64,000 nucleotides of DNA from the NCBI GenBank assembly GCA_045594425.1, contig JAZNYK010000016.1, forward strand, positions 44,173 to 108,172. The letters run 5' to 3'. Positions 1-12,761 of this stretch are shown here, in pieces (position 1 is the stretch's first letter; each line of letters opens with the position of its first letter). A program made the translations under genes and the position numbers. The notes under the pieces were generated by a model, which saw only the letters and a list, made by a program, of their open reading frames with translations, ran no database searches and had not been told where the DNA came from. The DNA is from Clostridia bacterium. Lineage in GTDB: Bacteria; Bacillota; Clostridia; Christensenellales; UBA1242.

Positions 1-877
1 CTTGTTCTCTGTCTTCATACTTTTCAGCAAAATGTTCTTTACATTCATTTACAACAGCAGCAATTCTTTCATTGTAAGCAACTTTATCAGCAAGTGGTTC
101 CATTGCCTTTTCAAGATTTGCTGTAACATATTCACGAACATCTTTTTCAACATCTTCACCAATATGGAAGAGTTCAACTTCTTTCTTTGGTTTTCCAACT
201 TCTTTTGCGATGTCTTCAATAAACTTAACAATTTCTTTGATGTATCCATGAGCATACATAATACCATCACGCATAAGTTCAAGCGAAACTTCTTTTGCAC
301 CTGCTTCAACCATCATGATTGCTTCACTTGTTCCCGCAACAGTAACGTGCATTAAACTCTTCTCACTTTCTTCAGCAGTTGGGTTGATAACATATTTTCC
401 ATCAACATAACCAACAACAACTGAACCAGTTGGTCCGCCAAATGGAATATCTGAAACTGAAAGTGCAACAGAAGAACCAATCATAGCCAAAATTTCTGGT
501 GGATAATCAGGTTCAACTGAAAGTGCTGTTGCAACAACTGCAACGTCATTATAGAATCCCTTTGGGAATAATGGACGAATTGGTCTATCAATAAGTCTTG
601 AAATCAAGATGGCTTGGTCACTTGCTCTGCCTTCTCTCTTTTTGTATCCACCTGGGAATTTTCCTACTGAATACATTTTTTCTTCATAGTCAACGCAAAG
701 TGGGAAAAAATCTTGACCTTCTTTTGCTTTTTCGCTCATTGTAACATTAACCATAACAACAGTGTCACCACATCTAACTCTGCAAGTTCCGTTTGATTGA
801 CCACAATATTTGCCTGTTTGAACGTAAATGTCTTTGCCTGCTAAACTTAACTTAAATTCTCTTTCTTCACCAAACAT
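1..877 (-). CDS. pnp: Polyribonucleotide nucleotidyltransferase (PNPase), N-terminal part; 3' end lies beyond the window edge
   Basis: Not in the ORF track because it runs off the edge. My minus-strand translation from ATG at 877 (AAGGAGAAAAA SD just upstream) gives MFGEEREFKLSLAGKDIYVQTGKYCGQSNGTCRVRCGDTVVMV...FPGGYKKREGRASDQAILISRLIDRPIRPLFPKGF, a typical PNPase first RNase-PH core. Lies directly downstream of rpsO. Confidence 0.9.
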   Translation of the reverse strand, partial: MFGEEREFKLSLAGKDIYVQTGKYCGQSNGTCRVRCGDTVVMVNVTMSEKAKEGQDFFPLCVDYEEKMYSVGKFPGGYKKREGRASDQAILISRLIDRPIRPLFPKGFYNDVAVVATALSVEPDYPPEILAMIGSSVALSVSDIPFGGPTGSVVVGYVDGKYVINPTAEESEKSLMHVTVAGTSEAIMMVEAGAKEVSLELMRDGIMYAHGYIKEIVKFIEDIAKEVGKPKKEVELFHIGEDVEKDVREYVTANLEKAMEPLADKVAYNERIAAVVNECKEHFAEKYEDREQ

Positions 878-947
878 ATTTTTCTCCTTATTATGTTTAA
901 CTTTTAAAAAACGGGATGGAAAAAAACATCCACCCCCTTTTATTAAA

Positions 948-1211
948 TTATTTTCTAATTCCTAACTTTTCAATCAAAGTTCTGTATGCTTCGATATCCT
1001 TGTTTTTCAAGTATTCAAGAAGACCACGTCTGCGACCAACAAGTTGCATCAAACCACGTCTTGAGTGGTTGTCTTGTTTGTTTGACTTCAAGTAGTTTGT
1101 TAAATTGTTGATTCTTTCTGTCAAAAGAGCAATTTGAACAAATGGTGAACCTGTGTCATTTTCAGATGTAGCAAAATTCTTGATAATCTCTTGCTTCTTT
1201 ACTTTATCCAT
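948..1211 (-). CDS. rpsO: 30S ribosomal protein S15
   Basis: The track ORF 948..1310 carries an N-terminal extension. ATG at 1211 preceded by GGAGGA gives an 87-aa protein [42 protein letters not shown]...[17 protein letters not shown], typical S15. Confidence 0.95.
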   Translation of the reverse strand: MDKVKKQEIIKNFATSENDTGSPFVQIALLTERINNLTNYLKSNKQDNHSRRGLMQLVGRRRGLLEYLKNKDIEAYRTLIEKLGIRK

Positions 1212-1363
1212 TAGTTTTTTCCTCCATATCATATTTGCCAATTCTTGAGCGCATTGAACCGGAAAAAAGAAATTCAAGTCTCTCGAACGGTAACGCAAAC
1301 ATTTTATCATGTAATTTAAAAAATGTAAAGGGTTTTTTGTATTTTAATTATATATTTATATAT

Positions 1364-3466
1364 TTAATCAAAATATCTATTGACTGTTCTAACCTCTTTA
1401 ACTGATTTTATAACTGAAATCAAGTCTTCAAGTTCAGCATTATTTCTAACTGAAAGACAAAGGTCAAACTCGCAAACATCCTCATTGATTTCTTTTGCCA
1501 CAATTTTGCTTATGTTAACATTTTGTTTTGAAATTTTTCCAAGCAATTTTGAACCCAATCCAATACTGTTTTTTGAAACCACTTTAAGGTTAACATCAAA
1601 AAGTCTATCAACATTTTTCTTCCAACAAGCATTAACAAATTTAGTTTCTTCAAATCCTTTTAAATTTAAACAATTTGTTGTGTGAATGGTTATTCCATTT
1701 TTTGACCTAACACCAATAATTGGGTCCCCATAAATTGGACAACAACATTTTGGAATTGATATCAAAACACCTTTTTCGCCCTTGATTTCAACTGGCGAAT
1801 TTTTTGAAAGACGTCTTTGTCTGTCTTTTTGCAAAACATAGTTTGTTATTTGATTAACAGTTACACTTTCATAACCAACACTTGCAAACATATCATCAAG
1901 GTCTGCAAAGTTAAACGCTTCTTTAATTTCATCAAAAACTTCAACAACGTCAGAAATAACATGTCGTGATTTTTTGAGTTCTGCCTCAAGTTTTTGTTTA
2001 CCCTTTTCAATGTTTTCTGGTGTTGTGTTTCTATTTATAAACTCTCTGATTCTGCGTCTAGCAACAACAGTTTTTACAACAGAAAGCCAATTTCTGCTTG
2101 GTGACTTTGGAGTTGGTGAAAGCACAATTTCAACAACATCCCCACTTTTTAAAGTTTCACGAAGCGAAGACTTTTTACCATTTATGATAGCAGATAACGC
2201 ATTATTTCCAATGCTTGTGTGAACAGCATATGCAAAGTCTATTGCTGTTGGGTTGCTTGAGTTTACGCAAATTGGTTTCAATTTTGGTGTTAACACCCAA
2301 GTTGTGTCTGGCGTTAAACCTGTTTTTACAGCATCAATAAACGATGTGGCGGTGCTATAAGAAGTTGTTTCACCTAAAATAATTTCTTTTAAGTTATTAT
2401 GTTTTTCAAATTTATCTTCAAACTTGATATCGCTATCTTTGTTTTGCCAATAAGACGAAATGCCATACTCACAAGTTTTGTCCATACTTGGAGTTCTAAT
2501 CATAACTTTAAAGGTAATATCTGCATCTTCAGAAATTAAAACTGTGTGCAAAGACTGATAGCCATTTGGCTTTGGGTCTGCAATATTATCTTTTATTTGT
2601 GAAGGCACAGGCTTGAAAATTTTATGAATCAAACCGAGAGCCCTATAGCAATCATCTTCCGTTGGAACGATAACTCTAAACAACATTAAAATAAATGCCT
2701 TGCTAATGTCTTTATCTTGATTCATAAGTTTTTTGTATGCAGAATATGTGTGTTCTGGCCAACCAATAATTTTACAACTAATGCCATTTTCAGTTAAAAC
2801 CGCATTAAGTTTTTTGTCAATTTCGTCAACTTGTTCTTTTCTTTTTGTAAGTTTTCTAACAAGTTCTGTTTTTAACTTTATATATTCTTCTGGATGTAAA
2901 CACTGAAAAACCAAAGATTGAAGTTCACTACGAAGTTTTCTAACCCCAATTCTTTCAGCAATCGGAATAAACAATTCTTGTGTTTCGGTTGCCATTCTAA
3001 TTTGTTTTTCACGCTTTAAAAACTGTATTGTTCTCATGTTATGCAAACGGTCTGCAAGTTTTATAAATATAACTCTTAAATCATTGCCCATTGCAATCAA
3101 TAAATGCTTAATGCTCTCTTCTTCAGAAAGATTTTGTGTTTTTAAAGTGATTTCATCAATCTTTGTAACACCATCAACCAGTTTGGCAACAGTTTCACCA
3201 AATTTCTTTTTAATTTCTTCAAGTGAAACATCTGTGTCTTCAACAACATCATGTAACAAACCTGCCATAATTGTTGAATAGTCCATGTTGTTATCAATCA
3301 AAATTTGTGATACGGCAAGTGGGTGTATGATATATGGCTCACCACTCTTTCTTGTTACGCCTGCGTGCATTTTGTTTGCAAATTTATATGCCGCAAGAAT
3401 CTTATCCTTGTTCACAGGATAATTTTCATTAACACTTTTTATGAAGTTTTCATCTAATTCTGCCAT
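1364..3466 (-). CDS. relA: Bifunctional (p)ppGpp synthetase/hydrolase, RelA/SpoT (RSH) family
   Basis: 700 aa. HD hydrolase motifs (YIIHPLAV, LLHDVVEDT), a RelA_SpoT synthetase core, and TGS and ACT-like C-terminal parts. recJ-relA adjacency as in Bacillus. Confidence 0.92.
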   Translation of the reverse strand: MAELDENFIKSVNENYPVNKDKILAAYKFANKMHAGVTRKSGEPYIIHPLAVSQILIDNNMDYSTIMAGLLHDVVEDTDVSLEEIKKKFGETVAKLVDGVTKIDEITLKTQNLSEEESIKHLLIAMGNDLRVIFIKLADRLHNMRTIQFLKREKQIRMATETQELFIPIAERIGVRKLRSELQSLVFQCLHPEEYIKLKTELVRKLTKRKEQVDEIDKKLNAVLTENGISCKIIGWPEHTYSAYKKLMNQDKDISKAFILMLFRVIVPTEDDCYRALGLIHKIFKPVPSQIKDNIADPKPNGYQSLHTVLISEDADITFKVMIRTPSMDKTCEYGISSYWQNKDSDIKFEDKFEKHNNLKEIILGETTSYSTATSFIDAVKTGLTPDTTWVLTPKLKPICVNSSNPTAIDFAYAVHTSIGNNALSAIINGKKSSLRETLKSGDVVEIVLSPTPKSPSRNWLSVVKTVVARRRIREFINRNTTPENIEKGKQKLEAELKKSRHVISDVVEVFDEIKEAFNFADLDDMFASVGYESVTVNQITNYVLQKDRQRRLSKNSPVEIKGEKGVLISIPKCCCPIYGDPIIGVRSKNGITIHTTNCLNLKGFEETKFVNACWKKNVDRLFDVNLKVVSKNSIGLGSKLLGKISKQNVNISKIVAKEINEDVCEFDLCLSVRNNAELEDLISVIKSVKEVRTVNRYFD

Positions 3467-3469
3467 AAT

Positions 3470-5803
3470 CTACTCCACAGCATTAAAGAATTTTGAACTA
3501 GAAAGTTCAACTTTTTTTGCTTTTAAAATTTTCATACAGTTTAAGACATCATCAAATTCCAAAAAGTTTAATTCCATGAAAACAATCAAACTAAACAGTA
3601 TTTGAATTGATGATAACGACTTGTCTTTTATTGCTAATTTTTTAGCAAAATCAATAACATCATTCGCTTTTAACGCCGCAAAGTTGCAAGCGTGTTTATA
3701 AACTTGAACACTAACACCCCTATCCTTTGAAATTTCTTGAAGTAACGATGTTTTTTCAAGTGGTTCAAACACATTCATTTTTTGTGAAAAATAAAGGTGT
3801 TCTTCATTAAAATATTTGTGTAAAAAGATTATATTTTTATAACCTTTTACATCATCCAATGAATAAACTGGTGATAAAACAACTGCATTTTGAATATTAG
3901 GCTTGACAGTTGCTGAAATATATTTTTCAAGCCCTAAATCTTTAATAATTTCAAGGTCTTTATTTGTTGTTGCAACAACAACTGTGCCATAGGCATTTTC
4001 AGCAAATTTTGTTTTTATTATTTCAACTAAATTTTCTTGCACATGATAGTTATCTTTTTTGTTAAAATCAAAAATAGAATAATACAAATTATAAAGGCTA
4101 GCAAGCATATCATTTTCTTCACATCCGGATAAGTCTGCATTTAAAATATCAACACCTTTAGCAAGCGCACTAACACTAACCTTGCCTTTATAAGAATTTA
4201 GCCCCATATCAAGCAAAAACAATTTTTCACTTGCACTTTTGCAAACTCCAGAATATTTGTAATAATTAAACCCGACTATAGGATGGTTATTTTTTGTAAA
4301 ACATCTATAATGTTTGAAAGCCTTTTCACTAATAGGTTCCACAATCATTTCATTTTGTTTGATTGCAAACACCGGTTTTTCATTTTCTGACCCAAATGGT
4401 TCAAGAAGATTGACTTGGTTTACAAATCCTTCTGAAAAATCGTCTTCAGAAATTTCAATATCATAAGTTGAGTTTGTTAACAAAAAGTCTTTTTCAGTTG
4501 AAACCTCTTTGATTTTTTCATTTAAAACACGTTTAAATTCATCAAACACTTCAGGCATAATTTCAACACCAACAGCCATTTTATGTCCGCCAAAATTTTC
4601 AAGCATATCTGTCATTGTTGAAATAATTTGATGCAAGTCAATTTTTTCAATACTTCTTCCACTGCCCTTTAATGTTCCATCTTCTGTTTTTGTGAAAATT
4701 ATGGATGGTTTGTTAAATTCATGACAAATTCTTGACGCCAAAATTCCAACTATACCTTCATGGAAATCACCAACAATCAAAACTGATGGTTCGTTTATAT
4801 CATAGGCCTCTAAACACTTTTCAATAGTCTTTGACCCTTTGTCAATGCTTGCAAGCCTTAAGTTGTTATCAGTTTCAATTTCAGAGTATTTTTCTTCAAG
4901 CAAAGATGCGTCTGTTTCAATTAAAAATTCAAAAACTTTGATGGCATTATCCATTCTGCCACAAGCATTAAGTCTTGGAACAATTTTAAAACTAATATCT
5001 GTTGAGGTAAGGCTGTCAAGTTCTAACTTGTTTTTCAAAAAGGTTATACTTGAAAGACAATCACCTTTATTAATTTTATCTATACCAAGTTTAGCAATAA
5101 CTCTGTTTTCATCAATAAGTGGAACAATATCACCAACAGTTGCAATTGCTGCGATATCTAAATACTTGTTTGCGGTTGTTTTGTCTGAAAGTGCTTCAAC
5201 AAGTTTCATTGCCACACCCGCACCGCATAACGCATCAAATCCATAATTTTTGTTGTTATATTTTGGGTCTAAAATCAAACAATCAGGCACCTCGTCAAGT
5301 GGCAAGTGGTGGTCTGTTACAACTATTTCAATGCCTTCTTGTTTTAAGATTTCAACTTCTTCAACAGCGGTAATTCCAAGGTCTACCGTAATAATAAGGT
5401 CTGGAGCATAGTCTACAACAATTTCTTCTATCGCCTCAACGGAAATTCCGTATCCATTTTCAAATCTGTTCGGAATAAAAACACTAACATCAGCGTTTTG
5501 TGATTTTAAATATAAATACAATATGGTGCTGGCACAAATACCATCTGAATCATAGTCACCATAAACCAAAATTCTTTTATTTTGCGAAACAGCATTTTTT
5601 ATTTTTGCCACAATTTGGTCAATATTTTCAAATAAATTTGCATCACGCAAGTCACTTTCAGTTGGATTTAAAAACTTTTCTAAATTAAAATCTTGTTCGC
5701 TATGTTTTGACTTTATAAACTCTATAATTCTTTCGTCTACTAATTTCATAACTAAATACCTATTAATAATAGTGATTTTATCACTATTTATGGTAAATTG
5801 CAA
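3470..5803 (-). CDS. recJ: Single-stranded-DNA-specific exonuclease RecJ
   Basis: DHH family motifs (ILVYGDYDSDGICAS, VTDHH, GGH). 777 aa is similar to long Firmicute RecJ. An alternative ATG at 5749 (MKLVDERII) is possible. Neither start has a strong SD. Confidence 0.88.
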   Translation of the reverse strand: MQFTINSDKITIINRYLVMKLVDERIIEFIKSKHSEQDFNLEKFLNPTESDLRDANLFENIDQIVAKIKNAVSQNKRILVYGDYDSDGICASTILYLYLKSQNADVSVFIPNRFENGYGISVEAIEEIVVDYAPDLIITVDLGITAVEEVEILKQEGIEIVVTDHHLPLDEVPDCLILDPKYNNKNYGFDALCGAGVAMKLVEALSDKTTANKYLDIAAIATVGDIVPLIDENRVIAKLGIDKINKGDCLSSITFLKNKLELDSLTSTDISFKIVPRLNACGRMDNAIKVFEFLIETDASLLEEKYSEIETDNNLRLASIDKGSKTIEKCLEAYDINEPSVLIVGDFHEGIVGILASRICHEFNKPSIIFTKTEDGTLKGSGRSIEKIDLHQIISTMTDMLENFGGHKMAVGVEIMPEVFDEFKRVLNEKIKEVSTEKDFLLTNSTYDIEISEDDFSEGFVNQVNLLEPFGSENEKPVFAIKQNEMIVEPISEKAFKHYRCFTKNNHPIVGFNYYKYSGVCKSASEKLFLLDMGLNSYKGKVSVSALAKGVDILNADLSGCEENDMLASLYNLYYSIFDFNKKDNYHVQENLVEIIKTKFAENAYGTVVVATTNKDLEIIKDLGLEKYISATVKPNIQNAVVLSPVYSLDDVKGYKNIIFLHKYFNEEHLYFSQKMNVFEPLEKTSLLQEISKDRGVSVQVYKHACNFAALKANDVIDFAKKLAIKDKSLSSIQILFSLIVFMELNFLEFDDVLNCMKILKAKKVELSSSKFFNAVE

Positions 5804-5881
5804 TCACTCGCAAACCAATTCTAAAGAAAATATTTTAAAAAGAAAAAATGGGCAAAATTTTATTCGCCCATTTTTGTATTA

Positions 5882-6901
5882 TTATTTATTTGTAGTTGTT
5901 TGCTTTTTAACTGTGCTTTTTCTTACTTTTTTCTTAATTTCTTTATTGATTTCATCATTTCTGCTCATAACAGCCATGTGTCTGTAATCTCTAACTTCCA
6001 AAAGTGCAGAGTAAACACCAGGGCCAACAATAAGAGAAGTGTATGAAGTAACTATAAGTGAAATTATGATATTGATTGCAGTAAATCTAACACTTGTTAC
6101 TGGAACAATAAACAAGAGCGCAGCAAAAATCAAAACTGCAGCAGCAACAAAAGCATAAGGTTTAATAACTTGTGTTTCACATGAAATCATACGTTCTGTT
6201 GCAGAAACCTTGTCACCTGTGTGAAGCAATGATTCTTCCCTGTTTCTTTCATAAATATGAATAAGCACACCACTCATAACAAGAGTTAAAACAAGCATAA
6301 TAGCAAGTGATGTTAAATTAAGTTGAACTCTTGATAAAATCAAGATTGAAAGATAAACAATAATGTTGTGCAAGAATGCCAAAATAAATGAAATTCCCGC
6401 AAAAAGGTCATATCTAATCCAACCCATAACAAACAAGCAAATTGCAACAATTCCGATTGCAAGACCCAAGAACAAAATATTTTTTGCCTTGATAACGCTT
6501 GTTATGTTGTCAATAGATGAAACCGAAGCAACGTTAATGCCAAGTTTTTCAGAAACTGCGTTTATAATTTTTGCTTCTGCATCATCAGAAATGTTTGTTT
6601 TAGCAATTTTTACAACCAAACATCTTTGTGTGTATTCTGTTTCGTTTTCACCTGCAATATACTTGTCTTCAACATAACAAGAATCAACGGTATAACCATT
6701 GCTTGAAACTGCTTCTTTAACTTTTGAAACATAGTCTTTTGAAGATGCATCTGCTGGCATTGTAATTTCAAATTGGCTTCCGCCACCAAGAGTAGGTCCA
6801 AAATTCATTCCGAAAAATCCGAAAATAAACAAAGAAGTTATAACCAATACACATGAAATAATCATACTAACCAAAAGTGGATACTTTCTAGTTTTTTTCA
6901 T
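5882..6901 (-). CDS. secF: Protein translocase subunit SecF
   Basis: Multi-TM protein directly after secD. ATG at 6901 (MKKTRKYPLLVS) is preceded by GGAGG within the secD 3' end. The track start at 6931 is an extension overlapping secD. Confidence 0.88.
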   Translation of the reverse strand: MKKTRKYPLLVSMIISCVLVITSLFIFGFFGMNFGPTLGGGSQFEITMPADASSKDYVSKVKEAVSSNGYTVDSCYVEDKYIAGENETEYTQRCLVVKIAKTNISDDAEAKIINAVSEKLGINVASVSSIDNITSVIKAKNILFLGLAIGIVAICLFVMGWIRYDLFAGISFILAFLHNIIVYLSILILSRVQLNLTSLAIMLVLTLVMSGVLIHIYERNREESLLHTGDKVSATERMISCETQVIKPYAFVAAAVLIFAALLFIVPVTSVRFTAINIIISLIVTSYTSLIVGPGVYSALLEVRDYRHMAVMSRNDEINKEIKKKVRKSTVKKQTTTNK

Positions 6902-6902
6902 A

Positions 6903-8258
6903 TTATTCAGCCTCCTTTGCCAATTCTTCATTGTCAGATATTCCTGAACGTTTTTTTAGCATAAACACTTTTCTACCAAAGGTTCCAAATGAAATGCAAA
7001 TTTTTACAAGGAATGGGACAACAAGTAAGTTTGTAAGTAAACTCAAGAACATACAAGCAGTAAACACAATTGCAACGCTTGAAAGTTCACCAAATGAGAA
7101 TGCAAACATGATAAGTGCTGACAAGAACAACATAACATTTGTCATAATCAAACTTGGAAATTGTTTTTTGTAAGAAATTTCGAGTGCTGCATTAAGTGAT
7201 TTTCCAAGATTGTATTCAGCCTTAACTTTGCTAGCAAAAGCAAATGCATAAGTGTAGATAACTGAAACACCTACAACCATTGCAGCAATTGTTGAAAGTC
7301 CAATTTCAAATGAAGGAATCAAACACATCAAAATCAAGAATAATTCTGCATTAAGCAAAAGTGTTGCAATCATCAAAACGGCATAGAATCCAAATTTAAC
7401 TGCAAACACAGCAAGACCCAAAACTGCAATTGCTGCAAATGCTGAAAGCGCAACAACAAACACTGTGCTTGAATAGAAAGATTTTTCAGCAGAAGTGCTT
7501 GCAGATTCACCTGCAGATAAACTTGCAGACATTGTGTTAATTACTGCGGTTGATGGATTAATTTCAACCTTCATGCAACCAAGTTTAACTTTTTGCTCTA
7601 AAGCAATCAAGTTTTCATAGTCTGTGTTTTGAAGTGTTAATTGTGAATAGTCTGTAACACCAGAAATTGAGATTGATTGAGAATAGTCACCCAAAACCAA
7701 GTAAATGGTTGTTGTTGAAGTGCAAAGTTCTTTAAATTTTGCTTCGCCTTCTTTGTTAAATTTTACAATCATACTCTTTGTGTCGTTATAGGTTGTGATG
7801 CTAACTTCTTCAACACTTGTTGCACCTGGAACAACAATTGATGTGTCTTCAAGTTCATATGTTGAACGAAGTGAGAACGCACCTGAACCAATGCTTGTAA
7901 GTTCAGCATAAACGCTTGAATAAGTGCTATCGCCTTTTGGGAAACTTACTTCGGCTCTAATTTTTTTGTTGCCAATTGCATAAACATTGGCATTTTTGTA
8001 ACCATTTTCTTCTAAAACGTCTTTAATGAGTTCCATAGAATCAATCACATCTTGTGTGCTGGCATTTTTTGTTTTGATGTCATATTCGCCATACAATCCA
8101 CCTGTTAAATCAGATGAAACATTAAGTGAACCAGAGAAAGACACAAATGTTTTTGCACCAAAAGTCATTGGCACAAAACTGCAAACAAAACCAATTGCAA
8201 GCACGATAGCAAAAATGATAGATAATGCTATGGCTGTACTTTTTTGAAATCTTTTCAT
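6903..8258 (-). CDS. secD: Protein translocase subunit SecD
   Basis: 451 aa. N-terminal TM, large periplasmic-type domain, C-terminal 5-TM block. Paired with secF; yajC lies upstream. Confidence 0.88.
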   Translation of the reverse strand: MKRFQKSTAIALSIIFAIVLAIGFVCSFVPMTFGAKTFVSFSGSLNVSSDLTGGLYGEYDIKTKNASTQDVIDSMELIKDVLEENGYKNANVYAIGNKKIRAEVSFPKGDSTYSSVYAELTSIGSGAFSLRSTYELEDTSIVVPGATSVEEVSITTYNDTKSMIVKFNKEGEAKFKELCTSTTTIYLVLGDYSQSISISGVTDYSQLTLQNTDYENLIALEQKVKLGCMKVEINPSTAVINTMSASLSAGESASTSAEKSFYSSTVFVVALSAFAAIAVLGLAVFAVKFGFYAVLMIATLLLNAELFLILMCLIPSFEIGLSTIAAMVVGVSVIYTYAFAFASKVKAEYNLGKSLNAALEISYKKQFPSLIMTNVMLFLSALIMFAFSFGELSSVAIVFTACMFLSLLTNLLVVPFLVKICISFGTFGRKVFMLKKRSGISDNEELAKEAE

Positions 8259-8291
8259 CGCTAATTTTCCTTATTATTAATAATCGTGTGT

Positions 8292-8321
8292 ATTATACCG
8301 CAATATTTGGAATTTGGTCAA
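8292..8321 (-). promoter_or_regulatory. Sigma-A-type promoter candidate for secDF (TTGACC-18-TATAAT)
   Basis: Minus-strand reading ...ggTTGACCaaattccaaatattgcggTATAATacac. A second TTGACCAAA copy lies about 40 nt further upstream. Confidence 0.5.
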
Positions 8322-8375
8322 CCTATTATAAAAAAATATTTAGCATTTTGGTCAATTTTATAACTATTTTTATGT

Positions 8376-8406
8376 CAAAAAAACTCACTCCGAGAAAAGA
8401 GTGAGT
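8376..8406 (-). terminator. Rho-independent terminator after the 8422..8817 gene
   Basis: Minus strand ACTCACTC-ttttctcg-GAGTGAGT followed by TTTTTTT. Confidence 0.8.
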
Positions 8407-8421
8407 AAATTTTTAAATTTT

Positions 8422-8817
8422 TTAGTTTTTATTAACTTTCACAATTCCAACAATACCACCCAAAAGTGAGGCAAATGCAACATCTAAAAGTGTATTTAGT
8501 CCAATACTAAAAGTTCCTGCAAGCATTGAAAACACGACAAATGCAAGCAAAATATATATCACTCCAAACATCATGCCTTTTATAAGCCCCTTGCTCTTGC
8601 CTTTTATTGCAATGGCAGAGCCTGAAATAACACTCACACCTTTGATAACAAGGGTTATTGGTGCAATAAATTCATCTGCAATCATAAACCATTTCATGCA
8701 AAATGCAAACAAAATTACAAAACCCAAACTTAAAAGTGTGGCAACCAAAAGCCCTTTAAAAAAATCAAAAATAATATTTTCATTTGATAATGTTTCTGTT
8801 TTTGAACGACCAAACAT
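8422..8817 (-). CDS. Small integral membrane protein (TIGR04086/YrzE-like, as found next to yajC/secDF in spore formers)
   Basis: 131 aa, about 4 predicted TM helices with G/A/I/V-rich segments. The family assignment rests on position and remembered family, not on a search. Confidence 0.55.
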   Translation of the reverse strand: MFGRSKTETLSNENIIFDFFKGLLVATLLSLGFVILFAFCMKWFMIADEFIAPITLVIKGVSVISGSAIAIKGKSKGLIKGMMFGVIYILLAFVVFSMLAGTFSIGLNTLLDVAFASLLGGIVGIVKVNKN

Positions 8818-8903
8818 ATTTTTACCTCTGTTAAAATATATTCACTTTGTCGCTCGATATGAACTTTTTGCAAATAAAAAAAGCGAACCATGTCGCTTTT
8901 TTA

Positions 8904-9389
8904 TTACTTTTTAGTTGTTGTTCTTGTTGTTGAAGATTTTTTTGCTGTTGACTTTTTTGTTGTTGTCTTTTTTGGTTTTTCAACTTTTGTTTCAACAGTT
9001 GTTTCTTCATTAACAACCACTTCTTCTGCTGGAACTTTTGATTCTTCAACAGTTTCTTCTTTTGCTTCAACTTTTGTTGATTTCAAAACACAGTAAATCA
9101 TTGCCATATCAAATTCCATGTAAGATTTTTCTGTTTTTGAACCAGTTTCTAAAATAACAGTTTTAATATCACCTTTGTCTGTGATTTTTGTAATTTTTCC
9201 AATAATACCACCAGCGGTTTTAACAAGGTCACCAACTTTCATTGATTCAAGCATATTCAAAAATTCTTTATTTTTCTTTCTTTGAGTAAAATATGGCATA
9301 ATAAGCATTGCAACTAATGCAACAATCAAAACCACATAAACAATGATAGATGTTGTGTTGTTTGCTTCTGCACAAATAAAATTAATCAT
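8904..9389 (-). CDS. yajC: Preprotein translocase subunit YajC with a long K/T/E-rich C-terminal tail
   Basis: YajC core MPYFTQRKKNKEFLNMLESMKVGDLVKTAGGIIGKITKITD. AAAGGAGA SD before ATG 9389. About 60 extra low-complexity residues at the C-terminus. Confidence 0.85.
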   Translation of the reverse strand: MINFICAEANNTTSIIVYVVLIVALVAMLIMPYFTQRKKNKEFLNMLESMKVGDLVKTAGGIIGKITKITDKGDIKTVILETGSKTEKSYMEFDMAMIYCVLKSTKVEAKEETVEESKVPAEEVVVNEETTVETKVEKPKKTTTKKSTAKKSSTTRTTTKK

Positions 9390-9493
9390 TTTTTAATCTC
9401 CTTTAAATTCTAGAAATAGTTTAGCAAATAAAAAGTGTAATTGCAACAAAATTTTTAATATTAAAATTTTGACATACAAAAATTTTGTCTAAA

Positions 9494-11673
<2,180 letters not shown>

Positions 11674-11681
11674 AATTTATC

Positions 11682-12749
11682 CTATTTTGCTATATCTTCA
11701 ATCTTATAGCCTAAATGTGTGTATGCAGGCTCTAAAGGAATCCTGCCTCTTGGCGTTCTTGAAATAAAGCCAATTTGAAGAAGATATGGTTCATAAACAT
11801 CTTCAATTGTTTCAGGTTCTTCACCAGTAATTGCACCCAAAGTATCCAAGCCCACCGGTTTGCCTTTAAAGTTTTCAATCATTACTTTTAACATTTTTCT
11901 ATCAACGCCGTCAAGACCAATGCTGTCAATATCCATTTTTTCAAGAGCATGGTCTGCTATTTTTGTTGTAATTTTTCCGTCATTTAAAACATCAGCAAAA
12001 TCACGCACACGTTTTAAAATTCGGTTTGCAATTCTTGGAGTTCCTCTGCATCTTGAAGCAATTAGTCTTGCAGAACCATCATCAATCTCCGCCCCCAAAA
12101 TTGAAGCAGAACGAAGAACAATGTCTTTAAGTTCATTTTCATTATAAAGTTCAAGTTTGCAAAGAACACCAAACCTATCACGAAGTGGTCCCGCAATCAT
12201 GCCCGCTTTGGTTGTTGCACCAACTAATGTGAAGTTTGGAAGTGAAATTCTCATAGACCTTGCAGATGGTCCTTTGCCGATAATAAAATCAAGGGCATGG
12301 TCTTCCATTGCAGGATACAAAACTTCTTCTACACTATGATTAAGTCTGTGAATTTCATCAATAAAAAGCACATCATTTTCACTTAAATTAGTGAGCAATG
12401 ACGCAAGGTCACTTGGTTTTTCAATTGCAGGACCTGATGTTTGCTTGAATGATGAACCCATTTCATTTGCAATGATTGCAGCAAGGGTTGTTTTTCCAAG
12501 TCCAGGAGGTCCATACAAAAGCACATGGTCAAGGGCCTCACCACGCTTTTTTGCTGCAGAAATATAAACCTTAAGATTTTCTTTTACTGCAGTTTGACCA
12601 ACATATTCATCAAAAACCTTTGGACGCAAAATGTTTTCTATTTGGTCATCATTTTCAATTTTTGAGCATGAAACAAAACGTTCATCATCTGCGTCTTTTG
12701 AACTGGTTATGAATTTGTCGTAATAACTTTCATTGTCGTAAGTTTCCAT
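11682..12749 (-). CDS. ruvB: Holliday junction branch migration DNA helicase RuvB
   Basis: Walker [18 protein letters not shown], sensor and arginine motifs. ruvA is upstream. Confidence 0.95.
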   Translation of the reverse strand: METYDNESYYDKFITSSKDADDERFVSCSKIENDDQIENILRPKVFDEYVGQTAVKENLKVYISAAKKRGEALDHVLLYGPPGLGKTTLAAIIANEMGSSFKQTSGPAIEKPSDLASLLTNLSENDVLFIDEIHRLNHSVEEVLYPAMEDHALDFIIGKGPSARSMRISLPNFTLVGATTKAGMIAGPLRDRFGVLCKLELYNENELKDIVLRSASILGAEIDDGSARLIASRCRGTPRIANRILKRVRDFADVLNDGKITTKIADHALEKMDIDSIGLDGVDRKMLKVMIENFKGKPVGLDTLGAITGEEPETIEDVYEPYLLQIGFISRTPRGRIPLEPAYTHLGYKIEDIAK

Positions 12750-12761
12750 ACGTTCTTCCCT

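Noticed and set aside
2-355. Plus-strand ORF (117 aa) and minus-strand ORF 49..309 at the window start
   Set aside because: Both lie entirely inside the clearly recognisable pnp coding frame. They are rich in F/N/I/C, as expected from out-of-frame reading of AT-rich DNA, and have no SD.
905-945. Short hairpin (GGATG/CATCC) plus T-run between rpsO and pnp
   Set aside because: The stem is only 5 bp. It may be a partial attenuator or processing site, as known for rpsO-pnp in other bacteria, but it is too weak to call from sequence alone.
9390-9493. AT-only palindrome ACAAAA-A-TTTTGT just after the tgt stop
   Set aside because: The stem has no G:C pairs and the flanks are low complexity, so it is not convincing as a terminator or operator. 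The region is adequately explained by a yajC promoter (TTGCAA-17-TAAACT).
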